This document shows positions 20,830 through 29,818 of a DNA stretch of 32,000 bases, piece by piece. Each line of letters begins with the position of its first letter. Position 1 is the first letter of the stretch. The position numbers were made by a program, and so were the translations under genes. This stretch comes from Pseudoalteromonas translucida KMM 520 (GTDB taxonomy: Bacteria > Pseudomonadota > Gammaproteobacteria > Enterobacterales > Alteromonadaceae), in the NCBI RefSeq assembly GCF_001465295.1, contig NZ_CP011034.1:120001-152000 (forward strand). Direction: 5' to 3'. The notes under the pieces are model-generated. The model was not told the DNA's origin and did not search any database. It worked only from the letters and a program-made list of their open reading frames with translations.

Positions 20830-23331
20830 TTAGTCGTTAGGGTAAAGGTAATCCCACCATTGGGGCTCATTTTTTAGTTTTTTATCAAAATAAGCTAGCA
20901 TGGTATTCCACCAATCAAAGCGTTTGTCGCGGGCAATAATTTGATGGTTCGCACCTTTATATTCTATTAACTCTACATCTTTATTAAGTAATTTAAGTGC
21001 GGTGTACATAGTTAAGCTTTCACCAACGGGTACGTTTGTATCACTGTCACCATGAATAAGTAGCATAGGCGTGGTTACTTTATCGGCACTAAACACTGGG
21101 CTATGTTTACTATAAAGCTCGGGGTTATTCCACGGAAAGCTGTTTTTAGACGCTTCGCCAGAATATAAATAGCCCCACCATCCTTCGCCCCAATAAGATG
21201 TGAGGTTAGAAATGCCAGCATGAGAAATCGATGCGCTAAATAAGTCGGTTTTAGTTGCTAAATGCATAGTCATAAAGCCACCGTAAGAGGCACCTAAGTT
21301 GCCTACCTTTTCGCTATCTACATAGTTGTATTTATTCAAAAATGCCTGCGTGCCTGCAATTATATCGTCGCTGGTGTAGTTGCCCCACGCATTAACGTGC
21401 TGCGCCGAAAATTTTTGCCCAAAGCCGGTAGCGCCTGTTGGCTGTATTACATAAACCACATATCCGTTTGCCGCCCATAAATTAAACGGATAACGCCCAG
21501 TAAAGCCTCGTGTCACTGGCGATGTACCACCATAGTAATAAACCAGCGCTGGGTGTTTTTTAGTTTTATCAAGGTTATTTGGGATGTAAACACGCCCTGA
21601 AATTTCAACGCCATTTTTATTAGTGAAATTAAATTCTTCGAGTGTTGGAATTTGTGTATTTGCATAGCTAAGTGGCTTTGAATCCCAGACTATTTTAGCG
21701 GTGTTTTTACTTATATTAAACCGCTTTAATTGTTGTGGACTAGAAGCCGTGGTGCCACTGAGTAATATTTCAATGTTGCGCTCGTTTGAGTAGCTAAACT
21801 GCTCAACAATATCTAAACCGATATTTAATTTTTTAAAGCGCTGCTTACTTAAATCAAATAGGTAAAGCGGTTGGGTGTCGTGCTCAGTAACCTTTAGTAA
21901 TGCGTCGCCATTGTTTAATACACTCAGGCTTCCAATTGCCGGATCAAACTGTTTACTGAGTGCTTTAACGTTTTTTCCGCCGTCTGTAAGCAGGTAAAGT
22001 TGACCGTCGTAGTTATTCGCTAGCATTTCTTTTGGCAATGCTCTACCTGCCCCATTTTTAAAGTCGGGACCTGCAACAACATACACATCTTTATTGGCGT
22101 ATTTGGCCTGATTAAAAGTTTTAAATTTACCCAAAGAAGTAAGCTTATTTGATTTTAAATCAAGCTCTACTAGTTCTGTTTCTGGATGAGTTGACGCTTG
22201 CATAGCGACTACAGGGCGGCTCATTAATAGTTTACCGCGCTTATTGTTAAAGTCTTCAAAGCTATGCGAAAGCGGCCCTTGGCTGAGTGTTTTTATTAAA
22301 CCACTTTGTGTATCAAGCATATAAACTTGGCTTACTGAGCGTGCGTATGACCAGCGATCTTGTAACCCTTTATAATGCTTTGTAAGCTTGTCATTACGCT
22401 TGTCTGATGCAGGGTTAGACCAACTAAATATTACACTGTGCTCGTTATAAAAGGTAAAACCGCTAGCGCCTTCTAAGCGAGTAGAGAGGGTTTTTATTGA
22501 TAAGTTTTTACGGTTGAGTTGTTTTAATTCACCGTTTAGTAAATACACTAAAAAGCGATTGTCTGGGCTCCAAATAAGGTTGCTTGGTTGTTCTGCCTCA
22601 AAGCGATACAGCGTTTGATTGTCGGTGTTTTTAAGCTCAGTAATATTGTTTGCTTGATTTAGAGTTTTATCATTAAAGCGGCGCGTTGTCGTAATATAGT
22701 GCTCTGAGTTTGGTGCTAATGATAAGCCGCTAATAGTGGGGGCATCAAATAACTGCTTTGCCGATAAACGCTTAGTTTGTGAAGTGCTAAGGGTAATGTT
22801 ATCGCTCGGTGTTTTTGGTGCAAAGTCGAGTGTTACATCGTGCCAATTTGCAACTTGTTGCGCAACAATAATAGCAGTATGACTACCATTATTTAAGGCG
22901 AGTTTGTAGCTGCTGTTTTCTGCCTTTTGCAATTCGCCATTTATAAACAATTGTCCTTGTTCAATGCCTTTTAAGGTTAACGTACCTTGGCTAAAACGCG
23001 TGGTTTCTATATTAAACTTAAGTGCCTGTAAGCCGCCTAAAGTGAGTGCATTTATTTTATTAAATGGCTGCCAGCTGTGTTTTTTGTCAAACACCGAAAA
23101 GTTAGCTATGGGGAGTTGTAGCTGGGGTAATAAGTTACTAATTATGGTATCGCTTTGGGCCGTTTGAAAAGGCTTTAATTGCATGTTTTCAGCCAGTGGC
23201 CCAATAAATTGAATTTTAGATTTATCAAGCGGCGCTGCAAGCGTAGCAAAACTTAAGCTGCTAAGGGTAAAAAGGGCAAAGGAGTGTTTAAATAGTTTAT
23301 TACTATGACGCCAAAGTGCGTTAAGTTTCAT
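20830..23331 (-). CDS. Secreted S9 family serine peptidase (prolyl oligopeptidase / dipeptidyl-peptidase-like) with an extra N-terminal domain
   Basis: Catalytic triad context: GASYGGFM (GxSxGG), HGDSDTNV and ANHQI in the C-terminal alpha/beta-hydrolase domain. The central region is beta-propeller-like. Starting at the ATG at 23331 (MKLNALWRHSNKLFKHSFALFTLSSLSFATLAAP) gives a signal peptide, so the ORF-track start at 23373 is probably 14 codons too long. Confidence 0.8.
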   Translation of the reverse strand: MKLNALWRHSNKLFKHSFALFTLSSLSFATLAAPLDKSKIQFIGPLAENMQLKPFQTAQSDTIISNLLPQLQLPIANFSVFDKKHSWQPFNKINALTLGGLQALKFNIETTRFSQGTLTLKGIEQGQLFINGELQKAENSSYKLALNNGSHTAIIVAQQVANWHDVTLDFAPKTPSDNITLSTSQTKRLSAKQLFDAPTISGLSLAPNSEHYITTTRRFNDKTLNQANNITELKNTDNQTLYRFEAEQPSNLIWSPDNRFLVYLLNGELKQLNRKNLSIKTLSTRLEGASGFTFYNEHSVIFSWSNPASDKRNDKLTKHYKGLQDRWSYARSVSQVYMLDTQSGLIKTLSQGPLSHSFEDFNNKRGKLLMSRPVVAMQASTHPETELVELDLKSNKLTSLGKFKTFNQAKYANKDVYVVAGPDFKNGAGRALPKEMLANNYDGQLYLLTDGGKNVKALSKQFDPAIGSLSVLNNGDALLKVTEHDTQPLYLFDLSKQRFKKLNIGLDIVEQFSYSNERNIEILLSGTTASSPQQLKRFNISKNTAKIVWDSKPLSYANTQIPTLEEFNFTNKNGVEISGRVYIPNNLDKTKKHPALVYYYGGTSPVTRGFTGRYPFNLWAANGYVVYVIQPTGATGFGQKFSAQHVNAWGNYTSDDIIAGTQAFLNKYNYVDSEKVGNLGASYGGFMTMHLATKTDLFSASISHAGISNLTSYWGEGWWGYLYSGEASKNSFPWNNPELYSKHSPVFSADKVTTPMLLIHGDSDTNVPVGESLTMYTALKLLNKDVELIEYKGANHQIIARDKRFDWWNTMLAYFDKKLKNEPQWWDYLYPND

Positions 23332-23415
23332 TATTATACCTATTATTATTGAGTCTTTGGCCAAATATAGCATGTATTGTTATCATGCCCATATATTCAA
23401 CTAAGCGGAGAGCAA

Positions 23416-24492
23416 ATGACATTACTGATAATTTATATGGTTGTTGCCATTGTTATTTCATTTTTATGCTCAGTAATGGAAGCCGTGCTGTTAAGTATTT
23501 CACCTAGTTATGTTGCATTGCTGCGTAAAAAACAGCCTGTATTAGCTAAGCAGCTCGAAAAACTAAAAAATAATATTGATCAGCCATTAGCGGCTATTTT
23601 AACGCTTAATACGGTGGCGCATACCGCCGGAGCGGCTGGAGTTGGCGCGCAAGCAGCCATTGTATTTTCGGATGCTGCAGTAGGGGTTGCCTCTGCAGTG
23701 ATGACTTTATTTGTGCTGGTGTTTTCTGAAATCATACCTAAAACGTTAGGGGCAAACTATTGGCGAGTACTTACCCCAAGTGTGACTTACGGTTTACGCT
23801 TTTTAGTTATATTGCTTAAGCCTTTTGTATGGCTTGCACAAAAGCTGACAAATTTAATGGGGCCAAAGCACGACCAAGCCTATTATATTCGCCAAGAAAT
23901 AGAAGCCATGGCCGATATAGGCACCGAGTCGGGGGCGCTGCATCAAGATGAGTCTGAAATAATTCGTAACTTATTACATTTTAGACATGCCAAATTATGC
24001 GACTTAATGACCCCACGTACAGTTATTTTTAAAGTTCATAAAGACTTAACCGTAAACGAATACTTGAACTTGCATGGTTCGTCGTCGTTTTCTCGAATAT
24101 TAGTGTTTGATAAAGACACTGACGATATTATCGGTTTTGTGCATAAAAACGATATTATGTTGGCATGTCATCGCTTAGGCAGCGATTACAAAATTAGTAA
24201 ACTAGTAAAGCCAATTTATACGGTTCCTAGTTCGCAAAATGTGTCGTCGTTGTTACAAACCCTATTAACAGACCGCACGCATATTTGTTTAGTGGTTGAT
24301 GAGTATGGCGACGTACAAGGGATTGTCACTCTTGAGGACATGATTGAAGCGCTAATGGGGTTAGAAATTGTAGATGAGCGTGATCAGTCCACTAATATGC
24401 GTGCAGTTGCGAAGCAGCGTTGGCATAAACGTTTGGCAAATAGTAAAAACCTAGTTACTGAAGAGGATAAACACCCTCGAGAAGACAACTAA
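23416..24492 (+). CDS. CNNM/DUF21 transmembrane domain plus CBS-pair protein (CorB/TlyC-like putative Mg2+/Co2+ efflux, annotated as 'hemolysin' family)
   Basis: N-terminal DUF21-type TM region (LLSISPS..., SEIIPKTLG) followed by tandem CBS modules (MTPRTVIF..., VVDEYGDVQGIVTLEDMIEAL). The ATG at 23416 is preceded by GCGGAGAG; the ORF-track start at 23377 has no Shine-Dalgarno. Confidence 0.75.
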   Translation: MTLLIIYMVVAIVISFLCSVMEAVLLSISPSYVALLRKKQPVLAKQLEKLKNNIDQPLAAILTLNTVAHTAGAAGVGAQAAIVFSDAAVGVASAVMTLFVLVFSEIIPKTLGANYWRVLTPSVTYGLRFLVILLKPFVWLAQKLTNLMGPKHDQAYYIRQEIEAMADIGTESGALHQDESEIIRNLLHFRHAKLCDLMTPRTVIFKVHKDLTVNEYLNLHGSSSFSRILVFDKDTDDIIGFVHKNDIMLACHRLGSDYKISKLVKPIYTVPSSQNVSSLLQTLLTDRTHICLVVDEYGDVQGIVTLEDMIEALMGLEIVDERDQSTNMRAVAKQRWHKRLANSKNLVTEEDKHPREDN

Positions 24493-24505
24493 AGAGCTCT
24501 CCTCA

Positions 24506-25789
24506 TTAGCTTGGGGGTTTATAGTTAATGGTATTTCCTGTCACTTTAATCCAATATTGTGCCCAGTCTATAAATTCACTCTTAGATTTAGGACGACTAA
24601 ATAAAAATCCCTGTATTGCTAAGCGAGTTTTGTAATGCCTTAAATAGTCAAGCTCTTCAGGTCGTTCAACCCCTTCTGCTACTAGTTCTAAATGCTCTTG
24701 ATTGGTAATATCTATGAGGGAGCTTACAACAACTTGAGAAAACTGATCTGTTTCTATATTACTAATAAGTGTGCGGTCTATTTTTATTTCGGTAAAGGGC
24801 AAGTTTTTAAGTTGGCTCATGCTAGTAAAGCCAACGCCAAAATCGTCAAGTGATAAGCCAAAACCATGCATTCTTAAGCGGTTTAATGTTTCTAATTGGC
24901 TTAGGCTTGAAAGTGCATGTTGTTCGGTTATCTCAATAATAATATCACTAGGTTTAAGCTGGTTAAGTTTTAATATAAGTAATAGCTTATTCGGGCAGCT
25001 AAGATCGTTTAACTGCATGGGAGATAAGTTAAATGCCAGTTTTAAATTTTGTCCTAGCTGCTCTTTTATATTTTCGAAATCACTGGTGGCTTTTTTAAAA
25101 AGCGCAAATGTAATTTGATTAATTAGATCATGTTGCTCAGCAAGGCTAATAAAGCGAGCTGGTAAAATTATACTGCCGTCGGTATTTGACACAATACGCG
25201 CCAATACTTCAGCACTTTTTATTTTACTGGTATTAATACATATTTTGGGTTGATAAAACGGCGTTATTTCATCATTTTTTAATGCGCTAATAAGCTCTGC
25301 TTTTGAAATAGCAGGTTCTTTTATTAAAGTGTGGCTATTTAAATAGGCAACTTTATTTAATAAAGCGCCTACTTGGGTTAATTGTACGGGCTTAGAAATA
25401 TTACCGATAAGGTGGGCATTATGCTGTTTGGCTAAGTTGGCAGCTAAGCTAATTACCTTATGTTCCATTTCAGAAATAATAATAATAGCGCCTTGGTAAT
25501 TTAGCTCTCCTAAATGGCGTATTAATTCCATGCCATCCATTTCAGGCATGTTTAAATCGGTAAAAATAGCATCATAATAGTTTATGTCACGTTTAACTTT
25601 TTCTAGCGCTTTTGTAGCACTTAGGCAAGTGGTTATGGTTTCCGACATATCTAACTCAGCGAGGATTGCTTCCATTACAATTAAAATAGCTTTTGAGTCA
25701 TCAACGACCAGAATATTAGGCACTACTTTTTTCACTGTTATCCCTTTCAATGCATAGTGTGTATTACTATAAAAGTAGTAGGTTCTCAT
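24506..25789 (-). CDS. Response-regulator receiver plus EAL domain protein (putative c-di-GMP phosphodiesterase)
   Basis: REC domain: ILVVDDS and the DLNMPEMDG phospho-acceptor. EAL domain: FYQPK, EITEQ (ExTE), LSLDDFGVGFTS, KIDRT and AEGVE. The true start may be the GTG at 25735 (VKKVVPNILVVDD), which has an AAGGGA Shine-Dalgarno 5-6 nt upstream. Confidence 0.85.
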   Translation of the reverse strand: MRTYYFYSNTHYALKGITVKKVVPNILVVDDSKAILIVMEAILAELDMSETITTCLSATKALEKVKRDINYYDAIFTDLNMPEMDGMELIRHLGELNYQGAIIIISEMEHKVISLAANLAKQHNAHLIGNISKPVQLTQVGALLNKVAYLNSHTLIKEPAISKAELISALKNDEITPFYQPKICINTSKIKSAEVLARIVSNTDGSIILPARFISLAEQHDLINQITFALFKKATSDFENIKEQLGQNLKLAFNLSPMQLNDLSCPNKLLLILKLNQLKPSDIIIEITEQHALSSLSQLETLNRLRMHGFGLSLDDFGVGFTSMSQLKNLPFTEIKIDRTLISNIETDQFSQVVVSSLIDITNQEHLELVAEGVERPEELDYLRHYKTRLAIQGFLFSRPKSKSEFIDWAQYWIKVTGNTINYKPPS

Positions 25790-25912
25790 GTGTTTGTCAT
25801 TCTTTTAATGTGTATATTAGCCAGCTAATAAAAAAGTTGTTATTAATCATGCTTGCTCGTGTTTTTTAGCTGAATCGGTATACTAGCGCTATTGTTTTAA
25901 ACGGTTTTAATT

Positions 25913-26929
25913 ATGATAAGAATAGAACTTAAGTTAGCCGATCAGCCCTTTACACTTATGGTTTCTGGGCAAAAAATTGTGCAGATATTTCATAGTCAAC
26001 AAGCAATTACTTTTGATAACCCCCGCGACAACTATTATCAATTTACTTTTGATAACAAACTAATAGGTATTGATAGCGCATTGGTTAATGAGCAGAGTAT
26101 TTCGTTGTTTGTAAACGATGAGTTTGCTACGCAACTTGCTTTACCTGCAGCTACTGGCGGTGAAACTAAAAAAGGCTGGCTAGGATTGGCCGCCCTTGGT
26201 TTTAAGCTATTTAAAAGTGCCAAAGTAATTAAGATAGTGTTAGCGGGAGCGTCAGTTGCCGGTTATGCCTGGTTATTCAGTATTGAGTTTGCACTTATGC
26301 TTATTGCTTGCTTAGTGGTACATGAATACGGGCATGTGCGTGCTATGCAATATTTTGGCATTAAAACCAAAGGCATTTATTTAATTCCGTTTGTAGGCGG
26401 GCTTGCAGTAAGTGATGATAAAATTACCACTCGCTGGCAAGATGTAGTGATTTCTTTAATGGGCCCCGCGTTTGGGCTTATAACGTCAGTATTAAGTTTA
26501 GTGTTGTACTACGCTACCGAAATGGAAATATTTGCCGGTGTTGCTGTGCTTAGCGCTTTACTTAACTTATTTAACTTACTGCCTATTTTACCGCTTGATG
26601 GTGGCCATGTATTAAAAAGTATTAGCTTTTCTATGCGCTCATGGGTCGGTTTAAGTGTGTGTTTATTGGGAGTACTGTTTGGTTTATGGCTAAGTTACAC
26701 CTTCGGCTTAATGTTGTTGGTGTTCTTTTTGTTTATTGGTGCGCTGGAAATTGTATTTGAATGGCGCGGCAGACACACTTCACATTTAATGCCACTTGAT
26801 AAGTATGGCCAAGGTTTTTCAGCGGTGATGTATGCGCTGGTGGTTGCCGGGCATGTAGCTGTAATGATGCATTTTGCCGATTCTGAAAACCCCATTTTAA
26901 GCTTACCAATGAAAATATTATCGAGCTAA
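25913..26929 (+). CDS. M50 family (site-2-protease-like) membrane metalloprotease with an uncharacterised N-terminal domain of about 85 aa
   Basis: HEYGHVRAM (HExxH) lies in one TM helix, and NLLPILPLDGGHVL (the LDG motif supplying the third zinc ligand) lies in another. There are about 6 TM segments. Confidence 0.75.
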   Translation: MIRIELKLADQPFTLMVSGQKIVQIFHSQQAITFDNPRDNYYQFTFDNKLIGIDSALVNEQSISLFVNDEFATQLALPAATGGETKKGWLGLAALGFKLFKSAKVIKIVLAGASVAGYAWLFSIEFALMLIACLVVHEYGHVRAMQYFGIKTKGIYLIPFVGGLAVSDDKITTRWQDVVISLMGPAFGLITSVLSLVLYYATEMEIFAGVAVLSALLNLFNLLPILPLDGGHVLKSISFSMRSWVGLSVCLLGVLFGLWLSYTFGLMLLVFFLFIGALEIVFEWRGRHTSHLMPLDKYGQGFSAVMYALVVAGHVAVMMHFADSENPILSLPMKILSS

Positions 26930-26938
26930 TCGTATTTA

Positions 26939-26966
26939 AAAGCAGGGCTGTAATTGCAGTCCTGCT
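26939..26966 (-). terminator. Hairpin terminator between the convergent M50 protease gene and atoE
   Basis: AAGCAGGGCTG-taattg-CAGTCCTGCTT, an 11-bp stem with one G-U pair. On the minus strand it is followed by TTTT, so it best fits as the atoE terminator. Confidence 0.6.
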
Positions 26967-26986
26967 TAATACATTATTTTATACAG

Positions 26987-28297
26987 TTAATAAAAGCTCA
27001 ACATTAAGGATATAAATACTCCAGTTACAAATAGCTGCACCACACAAAATCCCATAATGTCTTTGGCTTTTAGGCCTGCTATAGCAAGTACAGGTAATGC
27101 CCAAAAAGGTTGAATTAAGTTAGTCCACGCATCGCCCCAAGCTACTGCCATTGCAACCCTTGATATGTCGGCGCCAAGCGCTTGCGCTGCGGGTATTACA
27201 ATTGGCGCTTGTACCGCCCATTGTCCGCCGCCCGAAGGCACAAACATATTAACCAGCCCTGCACTTATAAAACTAAAAAATGGCAAACTGTCTGCATCCG
27301 CTATGGCAATAAAACCGCTTGATATTTGCTGTGCTAGACCACTATCAACCATTACCGCCATAATGCCGGCATAAAACGGAAATTGAATAACAATACCTGC
27401 GCCACTAGGAATTGCCTGCTGTAAGCTATTGAGTAAGTTATGCGGTGTTTGATGTAAGGTGATAGCTAAAAACAAAAACAACGCAATTACGCTATTTAAG
27501 TTTAAGCCGCCACCGGCAACTAAAAAATAATAACCTAAATAAATTAACCCCAGTAAGCCAATTGTAATACCAAGCAATTTACTTTGCTCTAAGTGTTGGG
27601 CTGGCCTAGTAATATTAATTATTGCAGGGGAGGTATTTTTTAATAGTGCGGGATCTATATAAACACTTTCCTCGGCGCTTGGAAGCATGTAACGGTTAAC
27701 TAGCGGCATAATAATAAATAGCCCCACCAGTATGGCAATATTAAAGCCAGCAAATAGCGTTTGCTCAGTGCTAATAATCCCCATGCTCGATTGCAAAAAG
27801 TGCCCTTCGGTGGCTATCGTCAGTGGAATTGAGCCTGCTAATCCGCCATGCCACACTACAAACCCTGAGTAAGCGCTGGCAACTAATAAGCGGTAATCAA
27901 CTCGGGTGTGTTTAGCAATGGCTTTGGCAAATAACGCACCAATAACTAAGCCAAATCCCCAGTTAAGCCAACTAGCGAGTAGTGAAATAAGCGTTACTAA
28001 TATAATTGCTTTTGGTGCGGTGTTAGCAAAGGTGGCGAGTTTTTCTAGTAACTTACTAATAGGTGGAGTGCTTGCCAACATATAGCCGGTAATTAACACC
28101 AGCAGCATTTGCATTGCAAAGCTAAGTAAGTTCCAAAAACCATCGCCCCACGCTTGCAGTACCTCAATACCGGTTGTTGGAGTAAACACGCTAGCGATAA
28201 CTAAGGTAATAACACTTAGTAGTATTACAAATATAAAGGGATCAGGCAGGTAGCGCTCAACGAGTTTGGTAAAGGGGGTGGCTATTTTATTAAGCAT
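26987..28297 (-). CDS. atoE: Short-chain fatty acid transporter, AtoE family
   Basis: 436 aa and polytopic. It is collinear with E. coli AtoE from memory (RYLPDPFIF..., WGDGFWNLL.F.MQM, QFPFYAGI, VPSGGGQW, PAAQALGAD, QPFWALP.LAIAGL). Confidence 0.8.
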   Translation of the reverse strand: MLNKIATPFTKLVERYLPDPFIFVILLSVITLVIASVFTPTTGIEVLQAWGDGFWNLLSFAMQMLLVLITGYMLASTPPISKLLEKLATFANTAPKAIILVTLISLLASWLNWGFGLVIGALFAKAIAKHTRVDYRLLVASAYSGFVVWHGGLAGSIPLTIATEGHFLQSSMGIISTEQTLFAGFNIAILVGLFIIMPLVNRYMLPSAEESVYIDPALLKNTSPAIINITRPAQHLEQSKLLGITIGLLGLIYLGYYFLVAGGGLNLNSVIALFLFLAITLHQTPHNLLNSLQQAIPSGAGIVIQFPFYAGIMAVMVDSGLAQQISSGFIAIADADSLPFFSFISAGLVNMFVPSGGGQWAVQAPIVIPAAQALGADISRVAMAVAWGDAWTNLIQPFWALPVLAIAGLKAKDIMGFCVVQLFVTGVFISLMLSFY

Positions 28298-28476
28298 AAC
28301 TAGGACTGTTGTTAGTATTATTTGTAGGGTAATTAATCACGAAAAGCATTAATTGGCAAACCGCATTTAGTCTTATGGGCGTTATGTTTAAATGGGAGTA
28401 GTGAAAATATTGCTTAAACCAATAGCATAAAGTAACGTGTTGTTTATAGATAATTTACTAACTAAGACTTTGTATT

Positions 28477-29547
28477 ATGCCGGTGATATTTAAAAGGCTA
28501 GTGTTACTTGTACGGGCTCATATTGATCAGTTGAGTTGGCAAGCAGTGGCACTGGCTATTTTGACTCATATGCTTTTAACATGGGGATTGTTATATATAG
28601 CAAATGAGCAAGCACTCACCTCCCTAACAACCTTTTTTTATTATTACACGGTAACCACTTCAACCGTAGGGTATGGCGATTTTAGCCCAACCACAGATTT
28701 AGGGCGTTGGGTGGTAGCTTTAATACAAATACCTTTTGGTTTAGCTTTATTTGGCGTTCTGTTAGGAAAAACAGGGCAAACAATAACTTACTTAATTAGG
28801 CGCGCTATGACTGGTGATAAAAACTTTGCTCACAGTAGCAACCATATTATTATTTTTGGTTGGCACGACACCCGTACTAAAAAAATGATTGATTATATTC
28901 TAGCCGACACTAAACGTACCGAACGGCGTATTTTACTTGCAGTAACTGAGCAAATGGAGCACCCATTTTTAAGTAACGAAAGTGTCGACTTTGTACGATT
29001 AAGTAGCTTTACCGATTTAGAGGAGCTAAAGCGTGTAGCTATAAGCTATGCCGATAAAGTGATTATTGACGGCCAAGACGACGATCAAACCTTTACCACC
29101 GCATTACGTATTAGCCGTTTAGTTAAAGATGGTTGCCATATAAGCGCGCATTTTTTAGATGAAACAAAAGTAGATATGCTATTAGAGCATTGCCAAAATG
29201 TAGAATGCAGTAGTGTTAAATCGGCAGAAATACTCGTACGTTCGATGCAAGATCCAGGTTCGAGCCGAGTGCACGAAGAGCTACTATCAATTTTACATGG
29301 CGATACGCAGTTTAGCTTAGCCGTTCCAGAGCAAAGCAAAGAGATGGAGTTTGGTACTTTGTTTCATCATTTTAAACATCAGCATGATGCTATTTTACTT
29401 GGTGTGGCGCATAACTTAAGTGCACAAAATATGGATTTAAATCCGCCGCTTGATTATAAAATTAGTGCCGGCGACATTTTGCATTACATAGCGGTAGAGC
29501 GGGTATTAAGTCGTGAAGTGGACTGGCCAGCTTTGGCAAAAGCATGA
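28477..29547 (+). CDS. Two-TM potassium channel with a C-terminal RCK/TrkA-like cytoplasmic domain
   Basis: The K+ selectivity filter TVGYGD (TTSTVGYGDFSP) lies between two TM helices. It is followed by a Rossmann-like IIIFGWHD... domain lacking a canonical GxGxxG motif. There is no clear Shine-Dalgarno before the ATG at 28477, so the start is uncertain. Confidence 0.8.
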   Translation: MPVIFKRLVLLVRAHIDQLSWQAVALAILTHMLLTWGLLYIANEQALTSLTTFFYYYTVTTSTVGYGDFSPTTDLGRWVVALIQIPFGLALFGVLLGKTGQTITYLIRRAMTGDKNFAHSSNHIIIFGWHDTRTKKMIDYILADTKRTERRILLAVTEQMEHPFLSNESVDFVRLSSFTDLEELKRVAISYADKVIIDGQDDDQTFTTALRISRLVKDGCHISAHFLDETKVDMLLEHCQNVECSSVKSAEILVRSMQDPGSSRVHEELLSILHGDTQFSLAVPEQSKEMEFGTLFHHFKHQHDAILLGVAHNLSAQNMDLNPPLDYKISAGDILHYIAVERVLSREVDWPALAKA

Positions 29548-29747
29548 ACGAAGTTATATTTTTAATCATTCTTTTAATTGCCTACATTTTACCTGTGGTT
29601 ATTATACTCAATAGTAAGCGCACTCAAGGCCACGAAAAAAATGCCTGGTTAATTGGCATTGTATTTTTTTCGTGGTTAGGGCTTATTATGTATTTAGCCA
29701 TAGTGCCTAAACATGGGCGTAAAAAAAGGAAAAATAAAAAGCCTTAA
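29544..29747 (+). CDS. Small (67 aa) two-TM membrane protein resembling stand-alone PLDc_N (phospholipase-D/nuclease N-terminal) domain proteins
   Basis: Its ATG overlaps the channel stop (ATGA). The layout is TM1, a basic loop (NSKRTQGHEKNAW), TM2 and a lysine-rich tail (HGRKKRKNKKP). The family assignment is from memory of its pattern only. Confidence 0.5.
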   Translation: MNEVIFLIILLIAYILPVVIILNSKRTQGHEKNAWLIGIVFFSWLGLIMYLAIVPKHGRKKRKNKKP

Positions 29748-29760
29748 GCAAAAGGCTTTT
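29737..29760. terminator. Bidirectional Rho-independent terminator
   Basis: AAAAGCCTT-aagcaa-AAGGCTTTT. The A and T tracts are symmetric, and it lies between convergent genes. Confidence 0.8.
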
Positions 29761-29818
29761 GGTGATAGGAAGTAATCGCCGTAGTGGTTATCGCAAGCTA
29801 TTAGTTTAAACTTTAGTG

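Noticed and set aside
23332-23415. Extended starts of the S9 peptidase (23373) and the CNNM protein (23377)
   Set aside because: The two extensions would nearly abut head-to-head, leaving no promoter space. The internal ATGs give a canonical signal peptide (peptidase) and a Shine-Dalgarno-preceded TM start (CNNM).
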